DNA of 64,000 nucleotides from Polyangiales bacterium (GCA_044229975.1 JBGARZ010000011.1:1-64000); one strand, 5' to 3'. Numbered from the stretch's first letter, positions 27,812 through 38,819 are shown. A program made the numbers and translations. Notes: generated by a model not told the origin, from the sequence alone.

Positions 27812-27986
27812 GAGCACCCGCCCACGCCCGCGGTGCGCGGACTTACCCGGAGGGACGCACCCGCCCACGTCCGCGAAACTCGGGCGCTCTCGGCGCCGGA
27901 CGGTCCGACGAAGTCCGCGCACCGCTGACGTAGGCGGGTGCGTCCCTTCGGGTAAGTTGGTGCACCGCGGACGTGGGCGGGTGCTC
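27812..27986. repeat. Imperfect ~60-bp inverted repeat (REPIN-like; CGTRGGCGGGTGC units)
   Basis: 27812-27871 vs 27927-27986 are reverse-complementary with few mismatches. Confidence 0.8.
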
Positions 27987-27989
27987 TCC

Positions 27990-29401
27990 GGAGCGATGGA
28001 GTCATCTCCCTCCACGCCGAGGCGCTGCGCGACTTCGACGAGGTCGTCGAACGCGACGTCTTCGTCCATGACGTCAAAGCCAACCGTCGGACTCGTTGAC
28101 TGGCAGGGCAGGCGCCAGACCGCGCCGGTCCACGCACCGGCGACTTGCGGTGCGACCCATCGATCCTGATCGTCAGGCCGGGTCTGCCAGATCGGGCCGC
28201 CGTTGGAGTACCCGATCGCGTAAAGATCGGGCCCTGCATATCGGTCGAACAACCACCCCGCAGCCAGGCCGCAAAGACGGGCGAACTCGGCCTCGTACCA
28301 CCATCCAAACCAACGATCGATCGTCTCTCCGACGGGTCCCACGTAGGTTGCAAGCGCCCCTTGGACAGCGCTCCGAAACGCGCTGGCAGCTAGCCCGCAC
28401 GCGAACGCCCGCTTCGTTGCTCCCGGGCCATCCCACGAAGCACCCGCTGGGGTGTTGGGCGTTGCGGTCACCTGCCAAAGCTGGAGTCGCAACGTAGCGC
28501 CGCGCGGACACGCCCTGTCGGCAGGCGTACGCAGGTCGACACACCGCCCAGCGGAGTCGCAGGTATCGCTTCCTGTGCACGTCCCGCAAGTGCTCCCGCA
28601 GCCGTCGTTGCCGCAAACGCGGCCGGTGCACCTCGGCACGCAGGAGTCGATGCACCTGCCGCTGGCGTCGCAGATGTTTCGCCCCACGCATGCGCCGCAG
28701 CTTCCCCCACAGCCGTTGTCGCCGCAGACCCTGCCCCCACAGCGCGGTACACACGGTGGCGGTTGACGACTGATGCTCAAGACCGTGGAGCCAGCCGCGC
28801 CTCCCGCGCCGTCGACGACCACAAACACCACTTGTCCCGCGGTCAGGTCGAGGGCGATCGCCTCGGCCCATACAGACCCTGCTCCGCCATCGTCGGTGCA
28901 AGCGAGTTCGGCTCCGGTGCATGAGCCTTCGCGGACGTAGAGCAGCGTGTTGAATCGCGACCCCAGCGTGCTGAAGCGGTACGTACCGGTCGCGGGCGCG
29001 GTCCATCGGTAGACGAGTTCACCCGCCGCCGAACCAGCGCGCGGACTCGTCTCGGATGTACCGCAACCGACAGTGTCCTGAAGGCTTGGCAGCCCTTCCG
29101 TGGTCCCGGTCGCGACCGACGTCCCGAGCGCGGACCCCAGTTCGAGCACGCGACACGACGGTACTGCCTCGGCGTCACCAACGTCGAACGCCACGACACC
29201 GCTCGCATCCGATGCATCGATGCCCTGACCCGCAGAGGTACCCGCGTCCACGGCACCGCCATCTGCGATCAACCCGCCGTCATCTCGGTCCACGGTGACA
29301 TCGAAGGTCTCCGCCGCGCAGCCAGTCAACAACGCGCATCCGAGCACAGCGACCCGTTGCGCGAGCCAAGCGCGCCATGACTCGCCCTCCTCCGAAAACA
29401 A
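27990..29401 (-). CDS. Secreted Cys-rich lipoprotein with PPC-like and C2-like domains; both ends look disturbed (ORF runs on through the repeat to 27635)
   Basis: LLTGC lipobox; CGDNGCGGSCG repeats; WDG...PDLY...DEDVAFDD; weaker GC3 than neighbours; best RBS+ATG (29378) is out of frame. Confidence 0.6.
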
Positions 29402-29493
29402 CTGCGCTCACGGCAACGCTCCCTCCCTGTTCGACCCCACGAGACCATGTCGACGTCCTCGGACACAACACGAACGAGCACAACTGAGCTTCA

Positions 29494-29721
29494 GAGCTGG
29501 CATCGGCGGCGTGGAAGACACGAGGCCGCAAGGGCGCAAGGGTCGCAAGGGGTGACGGGCGTTTGAGGTGATTTCAGGTGGAGTGGGGACGAGCAAGAGA
29601 TTGGTGAAGTACGTCGAGGATGACCGTGGACTCACCCGGATGCCCCCTCGGAAACCCCTTCACTCCTTGCGACCCTTGCGCCCTTGCGGCCTCGCGTCTT
29701 CCACACCGCCGATGCCTGCTC
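29494..29721. mobile_element. Non-coding inverted-repeat element sharing its core repeat with the GxxExxY locus
   Basis: ~70-bp arms 29494-29564 / 29652-29721 containing GCCGCAAGGGCGCAAGGGTCGCAAGG, also present at 61612-61638 and (rc) 62239-62265. Confidence 0.75.
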
Positions 29722-29727
29722 AAAACC

Positions 29728-30187
29728 TCAGAGCAAAACACCTGTCCACACATGGCCGACGCCGTGCCGGTAGTACATGGGCAACTTCACCATTGCGGTC
29801 GTGCCGCCGGGTCGAGGTCGACAACACCTCGCACACCCAGTCAGGCACGACGCTGATCGCCGCGTCTTTCGGAGACTCGGGCAAACGCTCGCGACGCCAA
29901 CCGGCAAGGTCAGGCCCGACGAGGTCGGGGCGGTCGCCGAGGCTGAGCTCGGGCTCTGGAAGGAAGATCCACCCGCCCGGCCCTCCGCGACCGCGACGAA
30001 ACGGCGGCGCGAGACCTTCGAGCAGCGAGCCGGCCGTGTTCTGATGCTGCGGCCGCGGCTTGGGCATGGTGAAGAGCTCGCCGTCGATGACCTCGACGAC
30101 CACACCGGCCGGAGCGTCCCGATACGCCGCCGCAACCTCCACCCGCAGGTTGGGAAACTCAGCGTCCAGCGCGGAATCTCCTGCCAT
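29728..30187 (-). pseudogene. Uma2 (DUF820) endonuclease, frameshifted and 3'-truncated
   Basis: EVIDGEL, PDLAGWRRER, PDWVCEVLS.ST; +1 frameshift after HDR (MVKLPMYYRHGVGHVW continues in another frame), then breaks where WLVDP is expected. Confidence 0.85.
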
Positions 30188-30403
30188 GGCCGCACGCTAT
30201 CACGCCGCAGCGGAGTGCCTTCACCGCAGCCCGCGGACTGCGCGCATGCGACGAGCAGCGCCGCGAGGGCGACGCCGCGTGGGTGCGGGCTCCGCTGGGG
30301 ATGGGGGCTCATGGGAGTTGATGAGGGCATGGCACGACGCGCGATGGAGCGACACGCCCCCCTCTCGACGATCGGGACATACCGCCGCATTGTCCCGCCC
30401 CCT

Positions 30404-31858
30404 ATGAGCCTCGACTCGATTCCGGTCGTACCAGGGCGCAACCTCATGGGGCACATCCACCTCTTCCAGGAGGGTGATCGCCTCGGGTTCTTCCAGCGCA
30501 TCGCCGAGACGGGTGAGCTCGCGCGGGTGTTCTTCCTGCAACGCCCGGTGGTGTTCGCCAACTCCCCGGCGAGCGCCCACGAGATCCTCGTCGAGAAGGC
30601 GCGCTGCTTCGAGAAGTCGCCGGGCATCCGGCTGCTGCTCCACTACCTCGCGGGCGACGGGCTCTTCACCTCCGAGGGCGACCTCTGGCGACGGCAGCGG
30701 CGACTGATGGCGCCGCTCTTCCAGCCCTCGATGATGGACCAGTACACCGGCTTCATGCACGACGTCGCCGCGCGCGCCGCCGCCACGTGGAAGGACGGCG
30801 CCGCGGTCGACCTCGCCCACGAAATGACCCGCATCACCATGGGCATCGTCGGCAAGGCGCTCTTCGACAGCGACACCTTCGACGAGAGCGACGCCCTCGG
30901 TGACGCCCTCACCGTCGCCCTCGCCTGGGCCGACTCGCAGGGCGCGTCACCGCGGCTCGTCGCGCAGGTCGCCGTCATCGACGCGCTCGAAGCCGCCCGC
31001 GGTCGCCTTCCGGGCGCGTTGGAGGGATGGCACCGCCGCGCGCTGGAGTCGCTCAAGGAGCCGTTCTTCCTCGAAGGCGCCCGCTCCGATCGGCTGCAGC
31101 GCGCCGTCGCGGTCATCAACGATCGCGTCCAGCAGATGATCGACGAGCGCCGGGCGCAGGGCCTCGCGCGCCACGACCTGCTCACCCGGCTGCTCGCCGC
31201 GCGCGACGACGAAAACGGCGGCACCACCGCCATGACCGACCAGCAGGTGCGCGACGAGGCCAATACCCTCTTCATCGCAGGCCACGAGACCACGGCCACG
31301 TCGCTGTCGTGGGCGTTCTATCTGCTCGGGCGACACCCCGCGGTGCGCGAGGCGGTGCAGCGCGAGGTCGACGCCCTGCCCCCAGGGCCGGTCACCTTCG
31401 CGATGGCGATGAGCTCGCTCCCGCTCACCACGCGCGTCTTCAAGGAGGCGATGCGTCTCTATCCGCCGGTGCCCGTCTACGCGCGGCGGCTCCTCGTCGA
31501 CGCCGAAATCCGCGGCGTCCCACTGCCCCGCGGAACCCTCGTCATGGTGACCCCGTACACCTCGCACCGGCTGCCGGAGGTGTTTCCCGACCCGGAGCGC
31601 TTCGACCCCGACCGCTTCCTCCCGGAGCGCGAGGCGGCGCGCCCGAAGTCCGCGTACATCCCCTTCGGCGCCGGGCCGCGCGTGTGCATCGGCATCCACT
31701 TCGCGATGCTCGAAGGCCCCATCGTGATGGCCACGCTCATGCGCCTCGCGCGCATCGAGACCGACCCCGCGCGGGTCATCGAGCCGCAGCTCTTCGCGAC
31801 GCTGCGACCGGGCGGCGGTGTCCCCGCGAAGGTCTACCGGCGCACGGTGGAAGCGTAG
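30404..31858 (+). CDS. Cytochrome P450
   Basis: AGHETT, ExxR (EAMR), PERFDP, PFGAGPRVCIG heme motif. Confidence 0.95.
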   Translation: MSLDSIPVVPGRNLMGHIHLFQEGDRLGFFQRIAETGELARVFFLQRPVVFANSPASAHEILVEKARCFEKSPGIRLLLHYLAGDGLFTSEGDLWRRQRRLMAPLFQPSMMDQYTGFMHDVAARAAATWKDGAAVDLAHEMTRITMGIVGKALFDSDTFDESDALGDALTVALAWADSQGASPRLVAQVAVIDALEAARGRLPGALEGWHRRALESLKEPFFLEGARSDRLQRAVAVINDRVQQMIDERRAQGLARHDLLTRLLAARDDENGGTTAMTDQQVRDEANTLFIAGHETTATSLSWAFYLLGRHPAVREAVQREVDALPPGPVTFAMAMSSLPLTTRVFKEAMRLYPPVPVYARRLLVDAEIRGVPLPRGTLVMVTPYTSHRLPEVFPDPERFDPDRFLPEREAARPKSAYIPFGAGPRVCIGIHFAMLEGPIVMATLMRLARIETDPARVIEPQLFATLRPGGGVPAKVYRRTVEA

Positions 31859-31871
31859 GAGGGACACCACG

Positions 31872-34800
31872 ATGACCCGAAGGATCTCGCTCGCGGCGCT
31901 CGCGCTCGTCGCCTTCGGCTGCGCCCCGCGCGCGGGCGATTCCACGCCCGATGTCGTGGTCGTCGAGGTGACGACGCCCGTCGACGTGACGCCGCCCGAC
32001 GTCCCACCGACGGACGATCTTCCCACCGCCATGGACGCGCCGCCCGACGACGTCCAGGCCGACGTCGCGGTCATCGAGGAAGACGTCGCCCCGACCGTCG
32101 ACCGCCCCGACGCGTGCCTGGAGATCGACATCGGATCGCGCGTCGGAATGGGCGTCGCGACCGGCGACACCACCGACCTCCCGAGCTACGCCGACTCGTC
32201 CTGCGGGGCGTCGGCGGGTGGGCCGCGCACCGGCGCCGACGTCGGCGAGGCCGCGCTGCTCTGGGTCGCGCCCGCGAGCGACGTGTACACGTTTCAAACC
32301 GCTGGGTCGGAGTTCGACACGGTGCTGTCATTGCGCGAGGGGCGATGCTCGGCCCGCGAGGTGACCTGTAACGACAACGTCACGGCCTTCAACCAGACGT
32401 CGCGCATCACCATCGCCGTCCCGATGGGGCGCGCGCTCGCCATCGTCATCGACGGGCGCGACACCGGCGGAACCTACCGCCTGGACATCCTGCCGAGCGG
32501 TGGCGTGAGCTGCCCCTCCCAGTGGATCGCGTGCGGCGGACGCTGCGTCGACCCCAGCAACGACCCGACCCAGTGCGGTGCGTGCGGCGTGCGCTGCGCC
32601 TCCGGGGAGGTCTGCCTCGCGGGCCGTTGCGGCACCCGCGCGGCGGCGTGCGGCGCGTCGAACTACAACGTTCCCTGCGGCATGGGCTACTGCCCCAGCA
32701 ACTCGACCTGCACCGCGGACACGCGTTGTTCGTGCCGCGCCGGGTTCGACTCCTACACCTGCGGCAACGCTCCCTGCTCGGGCAACGGCTGCATGCGCAA
32801 CAACTGGTGGTGCGCCCCGCTGCTGTGCCCGCCGCGCTGCGAGGGCCGGACCTGCGGCGCCGACGGCTGCGGCGGATCGTGCGGCGTGTGCGCGATGGGG
32901 CAGGCGTGCGATGACGCCGGGCGCTGCCAGACGGGCCTCGACCCGTGCCGCGGCGTTCCCACGGGAGGCGTGTGCACGGGCGCGACGACGCTCGACCTCT
33001 GCGCGACACCGACCGGGTCGACGGAGCCGCGCGTGACCTCGTACGCGTGCGCCACGGGGGAGCGCTGCCTGATGGCGCAGGGGGTCGCGCGCTGCGTGCT
33101 GCAAGCCGAGTGCATCGAGGGCGCCAGCCGCTGCCAGGCGTCGGCGGTGCAGCGCTGCGTGAGCGGTCGCTGGACGTCGACGGCCTGCCCCACCGGATGT
33201 CTGGAGCTGGGCGGCAGCGCGCAGTGCGCTGCGTCCGTGGCGACACGAACGCTCACGGGTGTTCTCCAGTACCAGTACCGGGTGCCCAACGCGGGCCGCT
33301 CGGCATGGAGCGACACCCCGTCGGTCGCGCGCGGTCAATCGGTGCTCGCGGTGTCGTACCGAGGAACGCAACCCATCGACAGCACCATCACGGCCGAGGG
33401 CGCGACGGCGGGCGCGTTCACGCTGCGGGTGCCAGAGCCCGCGGGCACTGATGACACGGTGGTGTTCGTCGCGTTGCGTGGAGATGACCGCGGCGGTGCG
33501 CGCTACGCGGTGCTCGACCCGGGCCTCGTCGGGTCGTCCCTGCCGGCGGGGTGCGTCGACGAGCTCCTCGGGCGGCGGCTGTGCACGGTGGCGGAGGTCG
33601 TCCCGGCGACGCCGCGGGTGTGGAGCGTCGCCGTGCCGCTGCGGAGCGTTCCCGCGGGCGGAACCATCACCGTCCCGCTGACGGCATCGGGGCCGCTGCG
33701 CATCTTCGATCAGATCCGGTCGACCTACGCGCAGACCCGCACGCGGTACGTGCGTGACGGGTTGAGCCTGGGCGCGTGGTTCAGTCCGGGCGTCGAGTGG
33801 AGCTGCGGCAACTGCTTCCTCGCGGCGCCGCCGCGCGCTGCGCCGGGCGGGCTCTCGCTGGGTTCGCAGTTCTTCCTGGGCGGCGGCGCCGAGGAGAGCT
33901 GGTGGAGCGACGCGACGCTCCAGCACGAGCTCGGTCACTGGGTGATGGAGAGCTACGGCGCGAGCCCCGACGAGGGCGGCCCGCACTACCTCGGGAGCCC
34001 GACGCTGCCGGGTCAGGCCTGGAGCGAAGGCTGGGCGACCTTCCACGGCGCGTCGGTGCGCAGCGACTCCGTCTACTACGCGACCAGCGGGGTGGTGCGG
34101 AGCGGCGCGCTGACGCGGTGGATGTTCTGGTTCGACGTCGACGCGCGGCGGTACAGCGACAGTCGGCTGACGTGGTCACGGCCGACGCCGGCGGGTGGTC
34201 TCCTGCAACGCATCGACGAGAACGAGGTGGCCGCCATGCTCTGGCGCCTGAGCCGCACCGCACGCGGCGCCGAGCCGGTGCTACGAACGCTGGCAGCGGA
34301 GCGGGTGGCCATCCCGCGGCGCGAGTCACCGGGCTTCGAGCGCGGATACACCCGACACCGCTGGGAGGTCGACCGCGACGCCGGCACCATCATCGAGAGC
34401 ACCGTCCGCGACCTCGGAACGGCCGCGCCGATGTTCGCCGACATGCTCGACGCGCTGCGCTGCACCGGCGGGTTCAGCGCCGCCGAGGTCGACGCGGTCA
34501 CCGAGCCGACGCGGGCGTACCCGTACCCGAGCGCGACGCCCATCTGTCGGCCGACGGTGGAGTCACCGCTCGCGCTGTCGTGGTCGTCCATCGACGCGCG
34601 CCCCGACGGCAACGTCACGCTCACCGCGGAGCTCGTCGCGCGCGGGGACTTCCCACAGCCGGTGACCTTCGCGATGGATGTTCCCTCGGGCGTGACGCTC
34701 GTCGCGGGCGCGGTGCAGGAGGTGGTGGGTCCGCTCGCGGCGGGTGATGTGCTTCGTCGCTCGTGGACGCTGCGCTACGACCGCGCGCCTGCGAGCGACG

Positions 34801-34973
34801 CGACGTTGCGGGTGGACGGTGCGGGCCCGGGCATGGGTTTCCACGGGGCGGCGCCGTATCGCTTTGGCCGTGTTGAGCGAGCGACGGTGGTGCCTGTGGT
34901 GGCGGGTCCGGTGGTGCGCTACCGCGGTCACGAGTTGGGTCGACCGACGATGGTGACCGTCGTCGCTCCGTAG
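31872..34973 (+). CDS. Large Cys-rich lipoprotein with gluzincin-type Zn-metallopeptidase domain
   Basis: AFGC lipobox; PPC-like domain; Cys repeats; HELGH plus downstream SEGWA. Confidence 0.8.
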   Translation: MTRRISLAALALVAFGCAPRAGDSTPDVVVVEVTTPVDVTPPDVPPTDDLPTAMDAPPDDVQADVAVIEEDVAPTVDRPDACLEIDIGSRVGMGVATGDTTDLPSYADSSCGASAGGPRTGADVGEAALLWVAPASDVYTFQTAGSEFDTVLSLREGRCSAREVTCNDNVTAFNQTSRITIAVPMGRALAIVIDGRDTGGTYRLDILPSGGVSCPSQWIACGGRCVDPSNDPTQCGACGVRCASGEVCLAGRCGTRAAACGASNYNVPCGMGYCPSNSTCTADTRCSCRAGFDSYTCGNAPCSGNGCMRNNWWCAPLLCPPRCEGRTCGADGCGGSCGVCAMGQACDDAGRCQTGLDPCRGVPTGGVCTGATTLDLCATPTGSTEPRVTSYACATGERCLMAQGVARCVLQAECIEGASRCQASAVQRCVSGRWTSTACPTGCLELGGSAQCAASVATRTLTGVLQYQYRVPNAGRSAWSDTPSVARGQSVLAVSYRGTQPIDSTITAEGATAGAFTLRVPEPAGTDDTVVFVALRGDDRGGARYAVLDPGLVGSSLPAGCVDELLGRRLCTVAEVVPATPRVWSVAVPLRSVPAGGTITVPLTASGPLRIFDQIRSTYAQTRTRYVRDGLSLGAWFSPGVEWSCGNCFLAAPPRAAPGGLSLGSQFFLGGGAEESWWSDATLQHELGHWVMESYGASPDEGGPHYLGSPTLPGQAWSEGWATFHGASVRSDSVYYATSGVVRSGALTRWMFWFDVDARRYSDSRLTWSRPTPAGGLLQRIDENEVAAMLWRLSRTARGAEPVLRTLAAERVAIPRRESPGFERGYTRHRWEVDRDAGTIIESTVRDLGTAAPMFADMLDALRCTGGFSAAEVDAVTEPTRAYPYPSATPICRPTVESPLALSWSSIDARPDGNVTLTAELVARGDFPQPVTFAMDVPSGVTLVAGAVQEVVGPLAAGDVLRRSWTLRYDRAPASDATLRVDGAGPGMGFHGAAPYRFGRVERATVVPVVAGPVVRYRGHELGRPTMVTVVAP

Positions 34974-35017
34974 ATCGCGAGCCGAGAGAGCTGACGGGTG
35001 CGTGGTAGGGTCGCGGG

Positions 35018-36355
35018 GTGAGTCGTCGCTTCGCCCTCGCGCTGGCCCTGGTGACGCTCGCCCCCGCGGCGCTCGCCAACGGTCGCTTCCCCACCGCGCA
35101 GATGGTGCAGCTCAGCACCGGAGCGCACCCCGCGCGCATCGTGTTGCGGACGACCTTCGGTGTGCTGCTCGGCGAGGACGACGGTCGTCGCTGGTCGTGG
35201 ATGTGCGAGGACGCGTTCAACTACGGGCGGCCTGACGTGTGGGACCCGCCGGTCGCGATGGGCTCGCCGGGGGCGGACGGCGTGCCGTTGCTGCTGGGGA
35301 TTCCGACGGGGCTGCGGCGCACGGTGGACAACTGCCAGCCGACCATCGTGAGCGAGGTGGGCACCGACTACACCGCGGACATCAGCGCCACCGAGGACGG
35401 TCGCACGGTGCACTGGGTGGGATCGTTTCAGGAGGCGGGGAGCACCTCGCTGGTCAACAGGGTGCGCGCGTCGTCGGACGGGGGGCGCACGTTTCGGACG
35501 GTGTACGAGGGCGCGCGGGGCGTGCTCTTCCTGACGATGGAGGCGGCGCCGTCGGACCCGCAGCGGGTGTACCTCACGGCGCACGGCGAGAGCCCGTCGC
35601 GCGACCTGCTCTATCGATCGGACGACGGCGCGGCGACGCTGCGAGAGATGACGCTCGACCTCCAAGGGGGCACCGAGGGGTGGATCTCGGGCATCGATCC
35701 GAGCAACCGCGACGTGCTGTACGTGCGCTCGTTTGCGGACGATCCGCGGGAGCGCGAGCCCGGCGCCACGCGGCTGCTGCGCTCGACCGACGGCGGGATG
35801 ACCTTCACCGAGGTGGTGCGAACGCAGGGCGTGATGCGCGGCTTCGCCGTGTCGGGCGACGGGCGGACGATCTGGGTGGGAGGCCCGGAAGACGGGCTGC
35901 TGCGGTCGGAGGCGGGCGGTGCGTTTGAGCGGGTGTCGGGGGTGCAGGTGCAGTGCCTGCGCTGGCACGCGGGCGCGCTGTACGTGTGCGGCAACCACGT
36001 CATCGACGGCTTCAACCTGGCGCGGTCGGAGGACGGTGGGCGGACGATGGTTCCGCTGGTGGACTTCCGAACGCTGAGCGCACCGACGGGGTGCGCGACC
36101 GGGACGCCGGTGCGCGAGATGTGCCTGCCGACGTGGACGACGGTGCGTAGCGGCTTCGGCGTGTTGCCCGATGCGGGGGTGGATGCGGGCAGCGGGCGTG
36201 ATGGTGGGATGGACGCGGGCACGCTGGCGCCACCGATGGAGGGAGGCTGTACCTGCAACGTGGGCGCGAGGGATGGGCGGGCGCGCGGCGGGAGCGGATG
36301 GCTGGCGGGGTTGATGGTGGGGATGGTTGCGTGGTGGAGGCGGAGGCGGGGTTGA
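35018..36355 (+). CDS. Secreted BNR/Asp-box beta-propeller protein with MYXO-CTERM tail
   Basis: Repeated SxDGGxTF boxes; C-terminal GGCTC, hydrophobic stretch, RRRR. Confidence 0.82.
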   Translation: MSRRFALALALVTLAPAALANGRFPTAQMVQLSTGAHPARIVLRTTFGVLLGEDDGRRWSWMCEDAFNYGRPDVWDPPVAMGSPGADGVPLLLGIPTGLRRTVDNCQPTIVSEVGTDYTADISATEDGRTVHWVGSFQEAGSTSLVNRVRASSDGGRTFRTVYEGARGVLFLTMEAAPSDPQRVYLTAHGESPSRDLLYRSDDGAATLREMTLDLQGGTEGWISGIDPSNRDVLYVRSFADDPREREPGATRLLRSTDGGMTFTEVVRTQGVMRGFAVSGDGRTIWVGGPEDGLLRSEAGGAFERVSGVQVQCLRWHAGALYVCGNHVIDGFNLARSEDGGRTMVPLVDFRTLSAPTGCATGTPVREMCLPTWTTVRSGFGVLPDAGVDAGSGRDGGMDAGTLAPPMEGGCTCNVGARDGRARGGSGWLAGLMVGMVAWWRRRRG

Positions 36356-36391
36356 GGGCGTAGCGAGGGCGTGATACCCGCGCGCTCCCCG

Positions 36392-37390
36392 ATGAAGACC
36401 GCGCGCCATCTCTTCTCCGTCGCCGCCCTCGCTCTCAACGCCTTCGGCTGCGTGGGTCAGCCCGAAGTTCTCGACGACCAGAGCGCCTCGCAGGAGGTCG
36501 CCGCGGCCACGATCACCTTCTCGCGCGACTTCACCCAGCGCGCCTCGACCACGCTCCGCGCGAGCGCCGATGTCCGCATCGTGTACGACGCCAACCGCCT
36601 CCCCGACTGCCGCGGCGGCGACATGGGCGGCATTCCCCAGTGGTCCATCACGGGCTTCGCGCGCATCGCCGATGGCCCGGTGGTGTCGTTCGCCGTGGCC
36701 GGTCTCAACGCGCCGACGACGGTGCCCACGGTCGCGCTCGATCGCGTGGGCGAGTTGCAGGTGTGGTTCCAGGCGACGAGCCGCTGGGGCTGCTCCGCGT
36801 ACGACTCCAACTACGGACGCAACTACCGCTTCGCCGTCGCGCAACCCGCCAACGCCCCCGACTGGATCGGCAACGGCAACTGGGTGCTCACCCGCGCGAC
36901 GTGCTCGGGCGGCCCCTGCGACAACGACCGCAACCCCCTCACCACCGTCTTCGACTACGGCACGGGCGCCCGCCAGCGCGCCGCCATCCGCTCGATCTAC
37001 TTCGAGGTCTACAAGGCTGGCGTCACCGATCGTGACAACCCCGACCTGTGGCGTCAGCTCGACGTTCAGGTGCTCTCGCGCCCGACCGGGACGACCCAGG
37101 CGTGGCGCTCGCAGTACGTTCGCATCGACGGCCGCGCGGGCAACAACGCCCGCTACGCGGTGCTCCTGCGTGAGCTCGACCCGCTCGGCGAAAACACCGT
37201 CACCCGCCGCGAAGACTGCCCCGCCGCGCCGCTCACCCTCAGCGCCGATGGCATGTATGTGAGCGCCGAGCTCGACTACTACTTCCGCGTCAACGGCGTG
37301 GAGTACCGTCCCGCTCTGGGGCAGGGCTTCCGCGGGCGCTTCACGCAGTACCGCGGGCTGTTCGCGCCCTGCGTCGTGACCCGTCCCTGA
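36392..37390 (+). CDS. DUF6209-like lipoprotein (possible carbohydrate-binding)
   Basis: AFGC lipobox; YDANRLPDCRG and WF...GCSAYDSNYGRNYRF. Confidence 0.65.
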   Translation: MKTARHLFSVAALALNAFGCVGQPEVLDDQSASQEVAAATITFSRDFTQRASTTLRASADVRIVYDANRLPDCRGGDMGGIPQWSITGFARIADGPVVSFAVAGLNAPTTVPTVALDRVGELQVWFQATSRWGCSAYDSNYGRNYRFAVAQPANAPDWIGNGNWVLTRATCSGGPCDNDRNPLTTVFDYGTGARQRAAIRSIYFEVYKAGVTDRDNPDLWRQLDVQVLSRPTGTTQAWRSQYVRIDGRAGNNARYAVLLRELDPLGENTVTRREDCPAAPLTLSADGMYVSAELDYYFRVNGVEYRPALGQGFRGRFTQYRGLFAPCVVTRP

Positions 37391-37393
37391 CCG

Positions 37394-37940
37394 TCACCCC
37401 TCGCCAAACACCTCGTCGAAGGCCCTCCGATTGGGCCCCTCGCCGCCGCGTTCGTACACCGCGAACACCACCCGCTCGAACACCCCCGCCATCTCTCCGC
37501 GCAGCCATCCCGCGAACGCCTCTGCCACCTCGCGCGGGTCATTCCGGAACACCCCGCAGCCCCACGCCCCGAGCACCAGCGTCCGGTGCTCCTGCGCCGC
37601 CATCACCCGCAGCACCAGGCCCGCCCGCCTCTTCAGCGCGTCGCGCACCACCCGCTCGCTCTCGTTGTGCCGCCGCGCCTCGCCCGCGTTGGGAGCAGGC
37701 GCCGTCACCACCGACATCACCCACGGCTCCTCGATGAGCGCCCACCGCTCGTTGCGAAAGAACGGAACCCGCGGCGAGTAGATGACGTGGTCGGTGTACG
37801 CGAACGAGCGCTCCTCGCGGTTGGCCTCGTAGTAATCCCACTGCGTCACCAGACAGGGGTAGAGCGCCGAGGCGCGGGCGAGGTCTTCCTCCTGCGACTT
37901 GGCGCCCGTGAGGAAGCCACCACCGGGGTTGCGCGCCCGC
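37394..37940 (-). pseudogene. 5'-truncated TIGR02452/DUF2263 (microbial PARG-like macrodomain) gene
   Basis: NPGGGFLTGAKSQEEDLAR and LVLGAWGCGVFRND are intact; the LNFAS segment and N-terminus are missing. Confidence 0.8.
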
Positions 37941-38062
37941 ACGTCGTCGAGCGGCGCACCGATGCCGAAGTGGGGATTGGGGGCGTTCGGGGCGGGCCGT
38001 ACACCGGGAGCCGAGGCTCTCCGACACCACGAAGTCCGCCGGACCATCCGTCGCTCAGACCC

Positions 38063-38117
38063 TTGCCAGCGCGGCTCGCCGGGCTTATGACCACCCAGTC
38101 ACATGACTACCCGGTCA
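38063..38117 (+). promoter_or_regulatory. Promoter plus tandem TetR operators
   Basis: TTGCCA-17-TATGAC; TGACCACCCAGTCA (38088-38101) and TGACTACCCGGTCA (38104-38117), the second overlapping the start codon. Confidence 0.7.
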
Positions 38118-38819
38118 CATGCCCGACCCCACGCTGCGTTCGACAATCTCCCGCCTGAGAAGCGCGCCCGCATCATCGAGCTCGCCATCGACGAGTTCGC
38201 CGGTCGGCCGTACTCGCAGGCGTCGCTGTCGCGCATCGTGGCGCGCGCGGGCATCGCCAAGGGCAGCATCTACCAGTACTTCCCCAACAAGCTGGAGCTG
38301 TACCGCTGGCTGCTCACCCGCGAGCTCGTCGACCGCAAGCGCGCGATGCTCGCCGCCGTCGTCACGCCGCCGGGCGGTGACGTGTTCGCGCAGCTGGAGC
38401 AGATGGTCTACGCGGGCATGCGCTTTCAGCTCGCCGACCCGCGGCTCGCGCGGCTCGCGGCCAACCTCTACGACCCCGACGTCGACCCCGACGTCCACGC
38501 GATGCATCGCGAGCTGCGGGCCACGGGGCAGGCGGGCGTTCGTGCGCTGCTCGAAGAGGCCCAGCGCGAGGGGACGCTCCCGAAGAGCACCGACCTCGAC
38601 GTCGCCGCGCCGCTCGTCGCGCAGGTGCTCGGCCCCGGCCTCGCCGAGGTGTTGCTGGGGCGCATGGGCACCGACCTGCACGGGTTTCTCAACGACCCGT
38701 CGGTCGCGCGTTCGTTGAAGGAGCCCGAGCTGCGCGCGCTGGTGCGCTCGGTGGTCGGAGTGCTGCGCCACGGGCTCGCGGGCGAGGCCCCGAAGGCGAA
38801 GAAGGAGAGAGGCCGATGA
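38103..38819 (+). CDS. TetR/AcrR family regulator
   Basis: FDNLPPEKR, ASLSRIVARAGIAKGSIYQYF. Confidence 0.9.
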   Translation: MTTRSHARPHAAFDNLPPEKRARIIELAIDEFAGRPYSQASLSRIVARAGIAKGSIYQYFPNKLELYRWLLTRELVDRKRAMLAAVVTPPGGDVFAQLEQMVYAGMRFQLADPRLARLAANLYDPDVDPDVHAMHRELRATGQAGVRALLEEAQREGTLPKSTDLDVAAPLVAQVLGPGLAEVLLGRMGTDLHGFLNDPSVARSLKEPELRALVRSVVGVLRHGLAGEAPKAKKERGR

